A DNA stretch of 63,854 nucleotides, filler included, from Octopus bimaculoides (Eukaryota): the NCBI RefSeq assembly GCF_001194135.2. It is 4 parts of 4 records of this genome, joined end to end, with 100 filler letters (N's around TTAATTAATTAA, not from the genome) between each part and the next. Parts side by side here need not be neighbours in the genome. Positions count along the whole stretch, not along the records: positions 26,503 to 53,430 come from NC_069010.1; 3 more parts are not named here. The stretch is one strand, 5' to 3'. The notes below the pieces were generated by a model that saw only the letters and a program-made list of their open reading frames with translations, had not been told where the DNA came from and made no database searches. Of this stretch, positions 37,955 to 49,608 are shown piece after piece; within the stretch, counting starts at the first letter, position 1; every line of letters starts with the position of its first letter. The translations under genes were made by a program, and so were the position numbers.

Positions 37955-38417
37955 AAATCATGCCTCATTGATATGATTGTTCTAATCGATATAAATGTAT
38001 CTGTCAAGACCTACCGAAAACTGAGAAAGTAAAAAGATCTTGAAATAGAATTTGGCAAAATGTGGAACCTCAAGTCTAAAACAATACATGTTGTTAAAGG
38101 TCCCCTAAGAATGATAGCAAAAGAGGCTGATTCTTCCCTAGCTCAGATACCAGGAAACCCCAAAATGACATAAATTCAAAAGGCAGTGCTCATAGCAACT
38201 GCCTATATCTTATACTGTCTATGTAATCTCAAATTTTAAAACAAAATTATAATTTTCTTATGTTTTCTTAAACATTCTCTAGAACAATACTATGAGCAAA
38301 ACCTAATATATGACACATTAAGCATAACACCAATAATAGACATCTAACTTGTCTCTTGAGGTCTCTGGATGAGACTTGTCGTCAACTTGTACAAATACAA
38401 AGCAAAAGTCAAACATA
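37955..38417 (+). mobile_element. R4/Dong-like 3' end (family B)
   Basis: KSCLIDM..KDLEIEFGKMWNLKSKTI..AQIPGNP; same family as 14201-14440; ends CAT(AAT)n. Confidence 0.8.
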
Positions 38418-38431
38418 ATAATAATAATAAT

Positions 38432-39715
38432 GCACCATCCAAAGGCAGACGTGGATCATCTTTACCTTCCCAGAGCTCAGGAGGTCGAGGCTTGATCCAG
38501 CTTGAACTTACGTACAAAACCACTACAATCGGACTGGCCAAATACCAACGATTGGATGCTGAAACTTGTTGAAAAACATGAAAGACCGAAAAAAACTTCA
38601 ATCTATTCTGAAAGAGGGCAAAAGATTCGCTACTGATCTCTTAGATACCCACCAGTTTGATCAGGTTGAAGGAAATGCGCCAACTGCTGCTGCAAAGAAA
38701 ATAAAATTNNNNNNNNNNNNNNNNNNNNNNNNNNNNNNNNNNNNNNNNNNNNNNNNNNNNNNNNNNNNNNNNNNNNNNNNNNNNNNNNNNNNNNNNNNNN
38801 NNNNNNNNNNNNNNNNNNNNNNNNNNNNNNNNNNNNNNNNNNNNNNNNNNNNNNNNNNNNNNNNNNNNNNNNNNNNNNNNNNNNNNNNNNNNNNNNNNNN
38901 NNNNNNNNNNNNNNNNNNNNNNNNNNNNNNNNNNNNNNNNNNNNNNNNNNNNNNNNNNNNNNNNNNNNNNNNNNNNNNNNNNNNNNNNNNNNNNNNNNNN
39001 NNNNNNNNNNNNNNNNNNNNNNNNNNNNNNNNNNNNNNNNNNNNNNNNNNNNNNNNNNNNNNNNNNNNNNNNNNNNNNNNNNNNNNNNNNNNNNNNNNNN
39101 NNNNNNNNNNNNNNNNNNNNNNNNNNNNNNNNNNNNNNNNNNNNNNNNNNNNNNNNNNNNNNNNNNNNNNNNNNNNNNNNNNNNNNNNNNNNNNNNNNNN
39201 NNNNNNNNNNNNNNNNNNNNNNNATAAAAGCTAATAAACCGGATATTATTATAAAAGATCAGACAAAGAAGATGTGTTTATTAATTGACATGAGTATTCC
39301 TTGCGATCATAATATAGTGGCGAAAGAATTTGACAAGATCAGTAAATATAAAGACTTGCTAATAGAAATTGAAAAACTGTGGTATCTCAAGGCGACTACC
39401 GTAGCAGTGATTGTAGGATCTCTAGGAAGGATAAAAAAAGGTACTGAAACCTATTTGAAAATGATACCAGGCTTACCATCCCTACAGGAAGTGCAAAAAA
39501 TCGCGTTGACTGGAACGACTTATGTACTGAGAAGAGCATTATCGCTGTGAAAACAACATCCATTTATGAATTTATTTATTTATTAATCTTTTTAAAATAC
39601 ATATTTTACCTGTGAATATGCGTGTATAAACTGGGAATGCTTCTCTACCCTAGGTGTACGGAAAACACTCGGCGAGAAATGGAAGAAAATTTGAAGAAGG
39701 AAGAAAAAAACAACA
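38432..39715 (+). mobile_element. R4/Dong-like 3' fragment (family C), gap inside
   Basis: GGRGLIQLE..; CLLIDMSIPCDHNIVAKEFDKISKYKDLLIEIEKLW..QKIALTGT..LRRALSL*; (AAT)n at both ends. Confidence 0.85.
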
Positions 39716-39726
39716 TAATAATAATA

Positions 39727-40233
39727 AATTCCCGGATGCAGTACAAGGCAGTGGCTCTCATGACTTCTGATCTTAATTGATTGGAAGTGTTATCATGTAC
39801 ATTGTTTTGTCTTGGTATAAAAAGATGGGCTACAGCAAATATTCTGCTCAATACAACAGATTTGCTTGTCAGTTGTTTGACTTTAACCAGTTGAGCATGT
39901 CCCTTGGTAGCTGACGATATGTGCATCTCTGATCATGGGCAGAAGTAGTGGGGGTTTGAATAATTCACTTTTAGAAACATCCTTAAACAAATTGAATAAT
40001 TCACCTTTGGAAACATCCTTAAACAATTTTTTTCAGGACCTTTTGAGCAGGTTGGGCTACTCAACCTGAAGAAAATTCTAACAGGCTCCACCTGCGAGGT
40101 CATGCGCTGTTTATCTTGATATGAGATCACCATGTCGCACACATATAGTTGTGATGCTAGTCATGATGGGTATAATGGGCTTCATATATTTTACTCCAGT
40201 GTCCCTTTGATGGCATGTACTGCTCTCTCACTC
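39727..40233 (+). repeat. Unclassified ~500-bp non-coding repeat bounded by (AAT)n
   Basis: Second copy of 34041-34477 with a longer 5' part; ends CTCTCTCACTC(AAT)n. Confidence 0.8.
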
Positions 40234-40286
<53 letters not shown>

Positions 40287-40288
<2 letters not shown>

Positions 40289-40500
40289 GACAGACAAATA
40301 CATAACAAAAACACCAGGACTTACAAATATATATAACATACAGAAAATTGCACTACTGGGCACTGCACACATCCTACGCAAAACACTTTCAATACAGTAA
40401 CCATAAGAGCATCACAGCAAACCACAGCACATACCCAAGGCACACAGAGCTGCGCTCGGTAGTGAAGAGAAAGCACGTTATAAAAATAAAACTACTGAAC
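40287..40500 (+). mobile_element. R4/Dong-like 3' end (family A), 5'-truncated
   Basis: DKYITKTPGLTNIYNIQKIALLGTAHILRKTLSIQ* plus 3' UTR; (AAT)n on both sides. Confidence 0.9.
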
Positions 40501-40611
40501 AATAATGATAATAATAATATATTGCTCTTGCTGCAACCAATGCTACTACTAACACATAAAAACAATAATACCAGTGATATCAATCATGATAATAATAATA
40601 ATAATAATAAT

Positions 40612-43600
40612 GAAAGGAAACGGGTGGAGTCTCCTTATGGGCTAATAAGGATATATCTAGTGATGGCATCACAATAAAAACACTCGTAATTGTGCAACCT
40701 GATAATCGCTACCTCAAATGATTGAAAATGAAAAAACAAAATATTGTGAATAACGGTGGCAATGAAACTGGAGCCAATGATGGTGATAATGTTGCACCCG
40801 GTAGGCTCAGAGATTCTGCTCCAGCTCCAGCCTGTCGATATCCAGAAAGGAACCACCACACACGGCGTAGATGGAGCAAGCAAATTAATGCTGTCGTCAT
40901 GGAGTGTTACTACCTGAGCAACCCGGTAGACGAAAATGGTGCCCAAATTAGGAGTTACCGACAACGTATGTATAATCATTGGTGAGAAAAGGGATTGTTT
41001 CAACTCACGGAACAGAGACCCTGTGATCAAGCTAGAGCAATAAGAAAACAATTATTGGTTCACAGCAGTAGAGCTCGAATCTATCAAAAGACGGGTATTG
41101 GAAAATAGCAGCAAAGATAACGGTGACTATACAATTCTTACTAATAAAAGTAATCTCATAGCACAGGAAAGGAGCACTGGTAGTTTACTTGATGAGAGAC
41201 ATATAGATGATCTAAAAGAAGACAATAAAAATAATGGCGACATGACAGATGAACCAAAGACAAACTACGACAGAATAAAGGTAAGACTACAGGAGAACGA
41301 TAGCGACATTATTTGCAACCCTAAAAAGGTTGATCGGTGGAAATTGAAACAAGAAACGAAAAATGTCAATGAAATCCTGAAATACATCAGAACAAACAAC
41401 ATCACAGAAACAAATAATTTGATCAAGACAGCAAGTATTGTTGTAGCAGAAAACGTGGGTATGGATGTCAAGAAAAAGGAACATAATGGGAGAGACGAAA
41501 GAAAAGATCCATGGTGGAAAAGAAGAATCCAGGCAGGGTTAAACATGCTCTCGAAGGAAATTTCTGTGTTAGACCGAAAAGAGAAAGGGGAGCTTAAAAG
41601 AGAACAAAAATACAGGGCACTTAAAAGGAAGTATAATATCGAAAGAAAGAGCCTGAAACAGCGCCTCGTTGCAAAGAGAGCAAAGATAGTAAGATACGAC
41701 CAAAGAATGAAGGGTTACCACGAGAATAGATTGTTCAGAGTAGATCAGAAGAGATTTTATAAAGAAATATATGAAATGTGTACAGATGAAAGTTGATACC
41801 AGATAATAATGAAATTCAAAGGTTTTGGAGTGACATCTAGAGCAAAGGCAAGTAGCACAAGAAGCATGCTGAATGGTTGCAAGAACTGAAACAAACAGTA
41901 GTTTGTCCAAAACAGGCAGAACTAGTCATTTCGGTTAGGGATGTGAAGGAAATCAGCAAAAAATAAGCAACTAGAAGACCCCGGGACCAGATGGAGTGCA
42001 AGGCTACTTCGGGAATGTCATGCACAAATAGCTACGCAACTCAGCGCCTTGTTAAATGCCGACCAAGTAATACCAGAGTGGTTGACATTGGGTAGGACAG
42101 TGCTGTGTTTGAAAAACATCGAAAAAGGCAATACGGTAGACAATTACAGACCGATATCCTGTTTGCCAATTATGTGGAAGTTATTGACTGGAATACTCGT
42201 AGAGTCAATGTACGAACATCTAGAAAAAAATGGAGTCCTTCCACATGAGCAGAAGGGTTGCAAGGGTAAGTGTAGAGGTAGCAAGGATCAACTCCCGATA
42301 GATAAAACTGCACTCAGAGACTGCAAGAGGAGGAAAAGTAACTTATCCATGTCATGGATTGACTATCGTAAGGCGTACGGTATGATACCACATTCTTGGA
42401 TTATGGAATGTATAAAGTTGTTTAGGATTGCATCAAATGTTGAGTGATTGCTTGCAAAAAGTATGGCGAATTGGAGGACGGACCTGGCAGCATATGGAAG
42501 AAGTTTAGGGACAGTAGAAATTAGGAGGAGCATCTTCCAAGTGGACTGCCTGTCCCCACTGATCTTTGTACTGTGCCTGATACCACTGACACTGATTGTG
42601 AGGAAAGCAAAAGCTGGGTATGTATTCAAAAGCCGCCAACAAAAGTCAACCATTTGTTATTCATGGATGACCTCAAACTTTATGCTAAAGATGAATCCCA
42701 AGTCAGTTCCCTCGTTGATACGGTGTATACCTTCAGTGCTGATATCAGAATGGACGAACTAACGATACCGTCGGGGAAGGTTATGAAGCATATAGAAGAG
42801 ACGGGCTATAAGTACTTGGGGATTTTGGAAATAGATAAATTGATGGAGAAAGAAATGACAGAAAAATTTAAGGTGGAGTACATGCGCAAACTGAGATAGA
42901 TCCTTAAGTCGAAATTAAAGCTATCAACACCTGGGAGGTTTCACTCCTTAGATATGGAGCAGGGGTACTCGCATGGACAGTAGACGAACTAAACAGCTTA
43001 GACAGAAAGGCAAGGAAGTTGCTAACTAGATATGGGTCAATCCACCCAAAAAGTGACACAAACTATATGTACGGAGAAAAAGAGGGGGAAGAGGACTTAT
43101 TGGATGCGAACACAGCATTAGAGGAGAAGAAAACAACATAGCATGTTATGTAACAAATGCCACAGAACCGCTATTAAGGTGGAGTACATGCGCAAACTGA
43201 GATAGATCAGAAGGTCAGACTTGTGTAGGATGAAATATTGCAAAGATAAAGCACTGTGCAAGAAATTGAAAACAAACAAATGAAAGTGAAAATACGTGGG
43301 TAAAGAAAAGAATGCATGGCCAATTTCATAGAGATGTTGAAGATAAGACAGACAGAGAAAAAAGATGGCTGTGGATGACTAAAAATAGTTTAAAATCAGA
43401 AACGGAGGCTCTAACCTGTGCTGCCCAAGAGCAAGCACTAAGAACAAACTACATAAAATACAGACTAGACAGCACAACAGAAAGTGATAAGTGCAGAATC
43501 TATGCACAAAGCGCTGAAACCGTATGGTATATTACCAGCCAATGTACGCCACTAGTCCAAAAGGAATATTAGAGACGCCACGACAATATAGCCAGGCTTG

Positions 43601-44147
43601 TTCATTGGACACTTTGCAACAAGTATGGACTTGACAGAGCAAAAAATTGGTACGACCATAAATCCGAAGGCATCATCGAAAATGATAATGCAAAGATCCT
43701 GTGGGATTTTATGATTCAGTGCGACCATGAGATTGAAAATAGGAAGCCGGACATAGCCTTAATTGAGAAAGAAAACAAACTCTGCTGGATCATAGACATA
43801 GCATGTCCAGCTGACAAGGTATGCAATAAGGAAGAAAGAAAAGTCGAGAGTTATGACAGGGTAGCTTGGGAAATTAAGCAGTTGTGATCGATGAAAAACG
43901 TAGCATTGGTACTACTGCTACGTTTTTCATCAATTGTCGGAGCCCTGGGAACAGTGAGCAAAAGTCTCGAAGTACGTGGAACAAATAGGGGCTGCAATAA
44001 GTGTGGAGCACTTGCAGAAAACAGCACTGCTTGGGACCGCTTGAATACTCCGGAAGGTGCTCGAAAATAAGAGGTGTTACCTTAGTTCACTGGTGGTGAG
44101 CAGCTGACACTGTAGTACATCTCCAGCGTTACAAGCTGTGCAAAGGC
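40612..44147 (+). mobile_element. Near full-length decayed R4/Dong(Rex6)-like non-LTR retrotransposon (family D)
   Basis: N-terminal RRWSK..VMECYY; WWKRRI; [16 protein letters not shown]; EQKG; WIDYRKAY; LSPLIF; HLLFMDDLKLY; LKSETEAL..QEQALRT; KPDIALIEKENKLCWIID; many stops and frameshifts; (AAT)n at both ends. Confidence 0.92.
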
Positions 44148-44164
44148 AATAAATAATAATGTTA

Positions 44165-44420
44165 ACAATACAGCCCTTACCCATCAAAGGAGAGTGTCAT
44201 CTGGCTTAAAATAAGAGACAGGAAGGTTCATCATAGCAACCCCAAATCAATATCTACCTAAAAGAACCTGCCTGGCGAGTATCGTAAAGAACGGCAGTAG
44301 ACAAACATGTCGTGAATGTATACAACAAAATGAAGCCATCGACCATGTCGTCTCTATGTACATTATTCTTGCGCCTACATTGTATCTCAACAGGCATGAT
44401 AGAGTAGCACAATACATTCA
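44165..44420 (+). mobile_element. R4/Dong-like fragment (CCHC region)
   Basis: SSGLK*ETGRFIIA; TCRECIQQNEAIDHVVS..NRHDRVAQYIH. Confidence 0.65.
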
Positions 44421-44539
44421 TAAATGAAATAAATATAAATAAATATAAATAAATATAAAGTGATTTCATAAATGAAATAAATATAATTAAATATAGGCGC
44501 AGGAGTGGCTGTATATAGACAACAAATATTGAATGTCAC

Positions 44540-44805
44540 TTTCACTTTTCATTACCACACGAGTGACTGTGTGCTCCACAGACATGCATATCATTAACGT
44601 AGTTCTTAGGGAGATTCAGCCTCCCACAGAATATGACAAGGCTGGCCCTTTTGAATTGTAGCTACAATTCATTTTTGCCAACTGAGTGGAATGCAGCAAG
44701 GTGAAGTAGAGTATCTTGCTCAAAAACACACCGCGCCGAAAGGAATCGTACTCATGACTCTTCGATCTTGGGCGGAATACTCCTAACAACTGAGCCACGC
44801 ATCTT
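44540..44805 (-). mobile_element. tRNA-derived SINE, family 3
   Basis: Minus strand: GTGGCTCAGTTGTTAG (A-box-like)..GTACGATTCC (B-box-like)..TTTTTGAGCAAGATACT. Confidence 0.65.
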
Positions 44806-45246
44806 AACCATAGAGAAAAGGAATGAAGCGACAGAGACAGGGAAAGGAAAGTGTCAACCATTTATAATGACAATTAGACCGAAATACGATCGACTTTTTC
44901 TAGCTTCTTTACTTTTAACAATGAAGAAGAGGGAAAGTGATGAATAGAGAAATGAGTTAGTTCTTTCTTCTTACCCCCACCGCACCTTCGGTACTTAATC
45001 GCCTTCTTTCATAGTTCATCATGTCTTGGTGGTGGAAGACCATGTTGTACAGGCATGTTTAACGTTTCTCTCCAAACTCAGATAAGCCCCGCCTCCTTTC
45101 CTTTTATCTTCATATAAACACTAATGCAAACGGGATATAGCTGAGAAAAGGTCGCAGAAAATTGGATACTACCCACTAGAAAATGGGTGGGTGGGGAGAT
45201 ATGTTGCCAATATGTGGTTACATGAAATTTAACTCTATACTTTATA

Positions 45247-45573
45247 AAGTATCTTCTACTATAGCTTTGGACCGACCAAAGCCTCGTGAGTGAATTTGGT
45301 AGACGGAAACTGAAAGAAGCCCGTCATATATATATGTATACAAATGTGTATAAGTATATATTTATGTAGGTGTGTTTTTGTTTGACTCCCACCATCATTG
45401 TTTGACAACCGATGCTGTTGTGTTTGCATCCCCGTAACTTAGATGCTCGGCAGAAAAGACTGCTAGAATAAGTTTCAGGCTTACAGAGAACAATTCTAAG
45501 GGTCAATTTCTTCGACTAAAGTGCGGTGCTCTAGCATGGCCACCGTCGAATGACTGAAACAAATAAAAGAATA
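45247..45573 (+). mobile_element. SINE family 1, 5'-truncated
   Basis: CTACTATAG..GAAGCCCGTC, internal microsatellite, ..GAATGACTGAAACAAATAAAAG. Confidence 0.85.
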
Positions 45574-45910
45574 CCAGAAGAACGCTCCGTATCATTAAAC
45601 AAGAGGATTCTTAAGTCACGGTAATAAAGTCACAGGAGTTTTGTCCTAGGGAAGTTTTGTTTGGAACCCAGAAATTCATTGTGACTTCTTTGCTTGTGAT
45701 TTCTTTTCCTAACCAAAATTGGGACTTTATTGCTGTGACGTTTTTTCCTGAAACTTTTTACCGGTCACCGGTTTTACACCTTTCTATATTCTGTAACTGT
45801 CTCGATATAGAAACATTTCTCATGGCACCAAGACATAATTTATAGATGTTTACAGTTTTTATGTATTCCGTGAACTTTTCATGGGTCCAGCTAGTAATAA
45901 TAATAATAAT

Positions 45911-46218
45911 ACAAAGACCTGGAAATAGAGGTAACTCGAATGTGGAATCTAAAAACAGAAACAATTCCTATCATAGTAGGTGCCTTAAGTATAATAAAAA
46001 AAAATATTCAGACAAATACATAACAAAAACACCAGGACTTACAAATATATATAACATACAGAAAATTGCACTACTGGGTACTGCACACATCCTACGCAAA
46101 ACACTTTCAATACAGTAAACATAAGAGCACCACAGCAAACCACAGCACAAACCCAAGGCGCACAGAGCTGCGCTCGGTAGTGAAGTGAAAGCACGTTATA
46201 AAAATAAAACTACTGAAC
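45911..46218 (+). mobile_element. R4/Dong-like 3' end (family A)
   Basis: DLEIEVTRMW..LGTAHILRKTLSIQ* plus 3' UTR; (TAA)n on both sides. Confidence 0.9.
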
Positions 46219-46999
46219 AATAATAATAATAATAATGAGAAGAAGAAGATATTCCTAGAAGACTTCATGTAATCGTGAATACATAAACGGTTTTTACTTT
46301 TACAAAATTATCCTGTTTTTAATTTTTTTTTCTCTCTTTTCGGCCGATGCAGCCGTAAATTGTATAGTTTTGCGTACTGAATGTCGTTGAAAGTCTTGTT
46401 TAATTAGGCATTTCAATTTTAATGTCCTTGTTGAAATTATTAAAGTTAATGTAAAAAAGATTAAATTTATAATATAACAAATCAAATAGAATGTTAATTT
46501 CTTTCTTTCAGGACCCATTTGGTTAGGTGAAAGTGTGTTCCTTCGGGTTAAAATTCCAAACATGAAGAGACCCATTTTTTGGCAAAGTGAAAACTTTACA
46601 TTAGATTGTAATACAACTTGTACCAAAAGTAATGACTACAGAGTTTCACAAGAACATGATCACTCGTATCTATGGATTCGAAATGTATCCTGGGAGTTTT
46701 CAAACTGGTTTTTTTACGAAGGCAATCATAAATTTGGACATATCAGTTTGGACATAAACGGTAATTTCGCCCAGTTCTTATTCCTTCTCCCATTTCTCTT
46801 TCTCCCTTACATCACCTCATACCCTCCTACTCCACTCTCCTCCTGTTTCTCCTCCATGCGTCTTGTTCGTTTTGTCATCGCAAGGCTAGAATGGAAGTCT
46901 GTCTGTTTTTTATGTTTTATTTATATTCTTGTAAAAATTAATGTGGGATATAAAATATGGAATATATAATATATAATATAAAAATAGATGGTAAAATGA

Positions 47000-47230
47000 A
47001 ATGAAGTATTGAACGTCTTATTGAATATATGAAATATGTCTTATTGAATATATGAAATATTAAGTATTCAATATAGAGAATTAAATATATAAAGGCGAAT
47101 TAAATATACCACTAGGTATGAAAATACGTATTCACCTTTATATATTTAATTATCTATATTGAATACTTAATATTTCATATATTCAATAAGACATATTTCA
47201 TATATTCAATAAGACATTCAATACTTCATT
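47000..47230. repeat. AT-rich foldback with 101-bp arms
   Basis: 47000-47100 versus 47130-47230, 3 mismatches by eye, 29-nt spacer; each arm holds a 23-bp tandem duplication; the right arm runs into a gap. Confidence 0.9.
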
Positions 47231-49169
47231 NNNNNNNNNNNNNNNNNNNNNNNNNNNNNNNNNNNNNNNNNNNNNNNNNNNNNNNNNNNNNNNNNNNNNN
47301 NNNNNNNNNNNNNNNNNNNNNNNNNNNNNNNNNNNNNNNNNNNNNNNNNNNNNNNNNNNNNNNNNNNNNNNNNNNNNNNNNNNNNNNNNNNNNNNNNNNN
47401 NNNNNNNNNNNNNNNNNNNNNNNNNNNNNNNNNNNNNNNNNNNNNNNNNNNNNNNNNNNNNNNNNNNNNNNNNNNNNNNNNNNNNNNNNNNNNNNNNNNN
47501 NNNNNNNNNNTATGTATGTATGTATGTATATATATATATGTATGTATTCATATATTTAAAAATTATTAGATAAATTATATTTTAATAAAATCTCCGTGAA
47601 TGATAAACTTTAAAATATCCATAAGTAACTTTAAAAGGAAATGAACCCTCACCAATTGTAAATAGACTAACTCCATACATGTGATACATAGTGAATCACA
47701 CCCCCATTGAATATATAAAAATTAATTCATATAAAAATATGTATAATAACCTAAATTATCAACAAATAAACCTAAAACATCTAAATAAATCAAAATTTTA
47801 ATATGAATTAAAATTTCCATAATTAAAAAGTAAGAGTTAAATAAAGATATTGATTTGGATTCTTGTTAATATATATACCTTTATTTCTTTCACAAGTGAG
47901 TAGAAAATGTGTGGTAGCCAGCTTTTAAAATAGGGATATAAAGTGCACCAAGGGGTATGTTATTATGACCCAGTTCATCAAAACTACAACTAATCATTTG
48001 TCATTGTGGTGTGGTCGTAGTTTAACTTCAAAGGAATCCAAAAGACGCACCTGCTGTTACAAACCAAAACACAAACCCATGCTGGTATTTCAGTTGGTAA
48101 GCAACTCACCATCCATTAGGATGGGAATGAATTATTGTTAAATGTTACCCTGAAGAGATTTTTACATTTAAATGTAATCTCAATTGTAAAATGGGAATGA
48201 AGGTAAGAAATTCAAGCGTAGGTAGGTGATACAAAATTGATATTATATAAATAAATTGATTTTTTCTGTGTTCAAATTCTCCATTTTTAAAATTTTATTG
48301 AATTTGTTCTCCTATATCTAATGGATGAATACATCTATAATAATAACAGCTGGAACTTCATAAGTGTTAACAATAATACTAACACCAATTAATGAAATTT
48401 AAGTATATTAACCGACATGGAGGAAAACCAGTTTACGCTTGGATAAATTATATCCCTGTGAAACAGCAACTTCTTTCCATTCGAAATGATTTACATGTAT
48501 ATGTACAAACACACACTCACATATATATGTATAAACATAAATATATGTAGGAGTGGGAGTTCCGGTCTCATAGCTGGCCGCCAACACTTTTCCTGCAAAT
48601 TAGGGGTAGTTTATCCTGTTCAAGCTATATTATTAGCATTATCCTGCGTTTGAGAATTTAAAATTTCACTTCTTTAACTTTTCAAGACATCTCAACGCTT
48701 TTAAAGCAAACTTCGTTCGTTTGTTTACTTTCATCGTAATTTGAATTTACACATATACATGTTTATATATTCATATATATATATATATATATATACGAGA
48801 GAGAGAGAGAGAGCATGTTTTTGTGATAAAAAGCTTGCTTCCCCACCACATGGCTGTGTGTTCAATGAGGGGCAGTTTCACCAAGTGTTTTTTTTTTAAT
48901 ATAGTCTCGGCACGACCAAATTACAATTAATAAATCTCTTTACAACATATTTTACAGTGAAACCGAAAATTGCAATCAAAAGCACAAGCACCGGATACAA
49001 ACTAATGGCCGTCTGTTCTTTACCTACTACAGTAATAGAATGTTACCAAGGAAAGGTAAGTCAATGCAATACTGTTTTTACCTCTCTATCTGGCCGATAT
49101 CTGTTTGGCTCAGTCTCTGAAATTTTTAAATAAGTGAAAATTTCTGCGGTTTAGCTTTCTTTGATATAT

Positions 49170-49605
49170 TATACATACTGGCATAGACAGAAAGACAGAC
49201 AATGCATAAAAACATACATACATAGTACCTGATGCGCAAAAGGGATAGACACGCAGGAAAAAAGCCGTATAATGTGACAACCGATAAAGACTTTGTGGCG
49301 TTCACTCTGAAGATATCACCCACATCATGAGCAGTTGTCCGAAAATGTCATTACAGTATTATCTACCGAGACATTATGTTGTATCTAGGACACTCTATAA
49401 TGAAATCCGTCGGAAGGATAATTCCGAAGACAAAGAAATAAGAAGCCACAATATGGTAGAAGACATAGCCACTCATAATAAAAAGGAATACTGGTAGAAT
49501 ATACCAGTGAAAACCTCAATAAAATGTATGCACAACAGACCAGATATAATGATTTGGGATAGAGAAAAGTAACTGTGCATAGTTGTGGAAATTAGCTGTT
49601 CAGCT
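49170..49605 (+). mobile_element. RLE-type non-LTR fragment (CCHC + PD..E region), distinct family
   Basis: CDNR*RLCGVHSEDITHIMSSCP..HNRPDIMIWDREK*LCIVVEISC; cut off by the element at 49609. Confidence 0.8.
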
Positions 49606-49608
49606 AAT

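Noticed and set aside
46535-46969. 144-aa ORF, possible degenerate PLE nuclease or exon
   Set aside because: No GIY-YIG or other motif recognisable; the second half is a CT-rich low-complexity tract.
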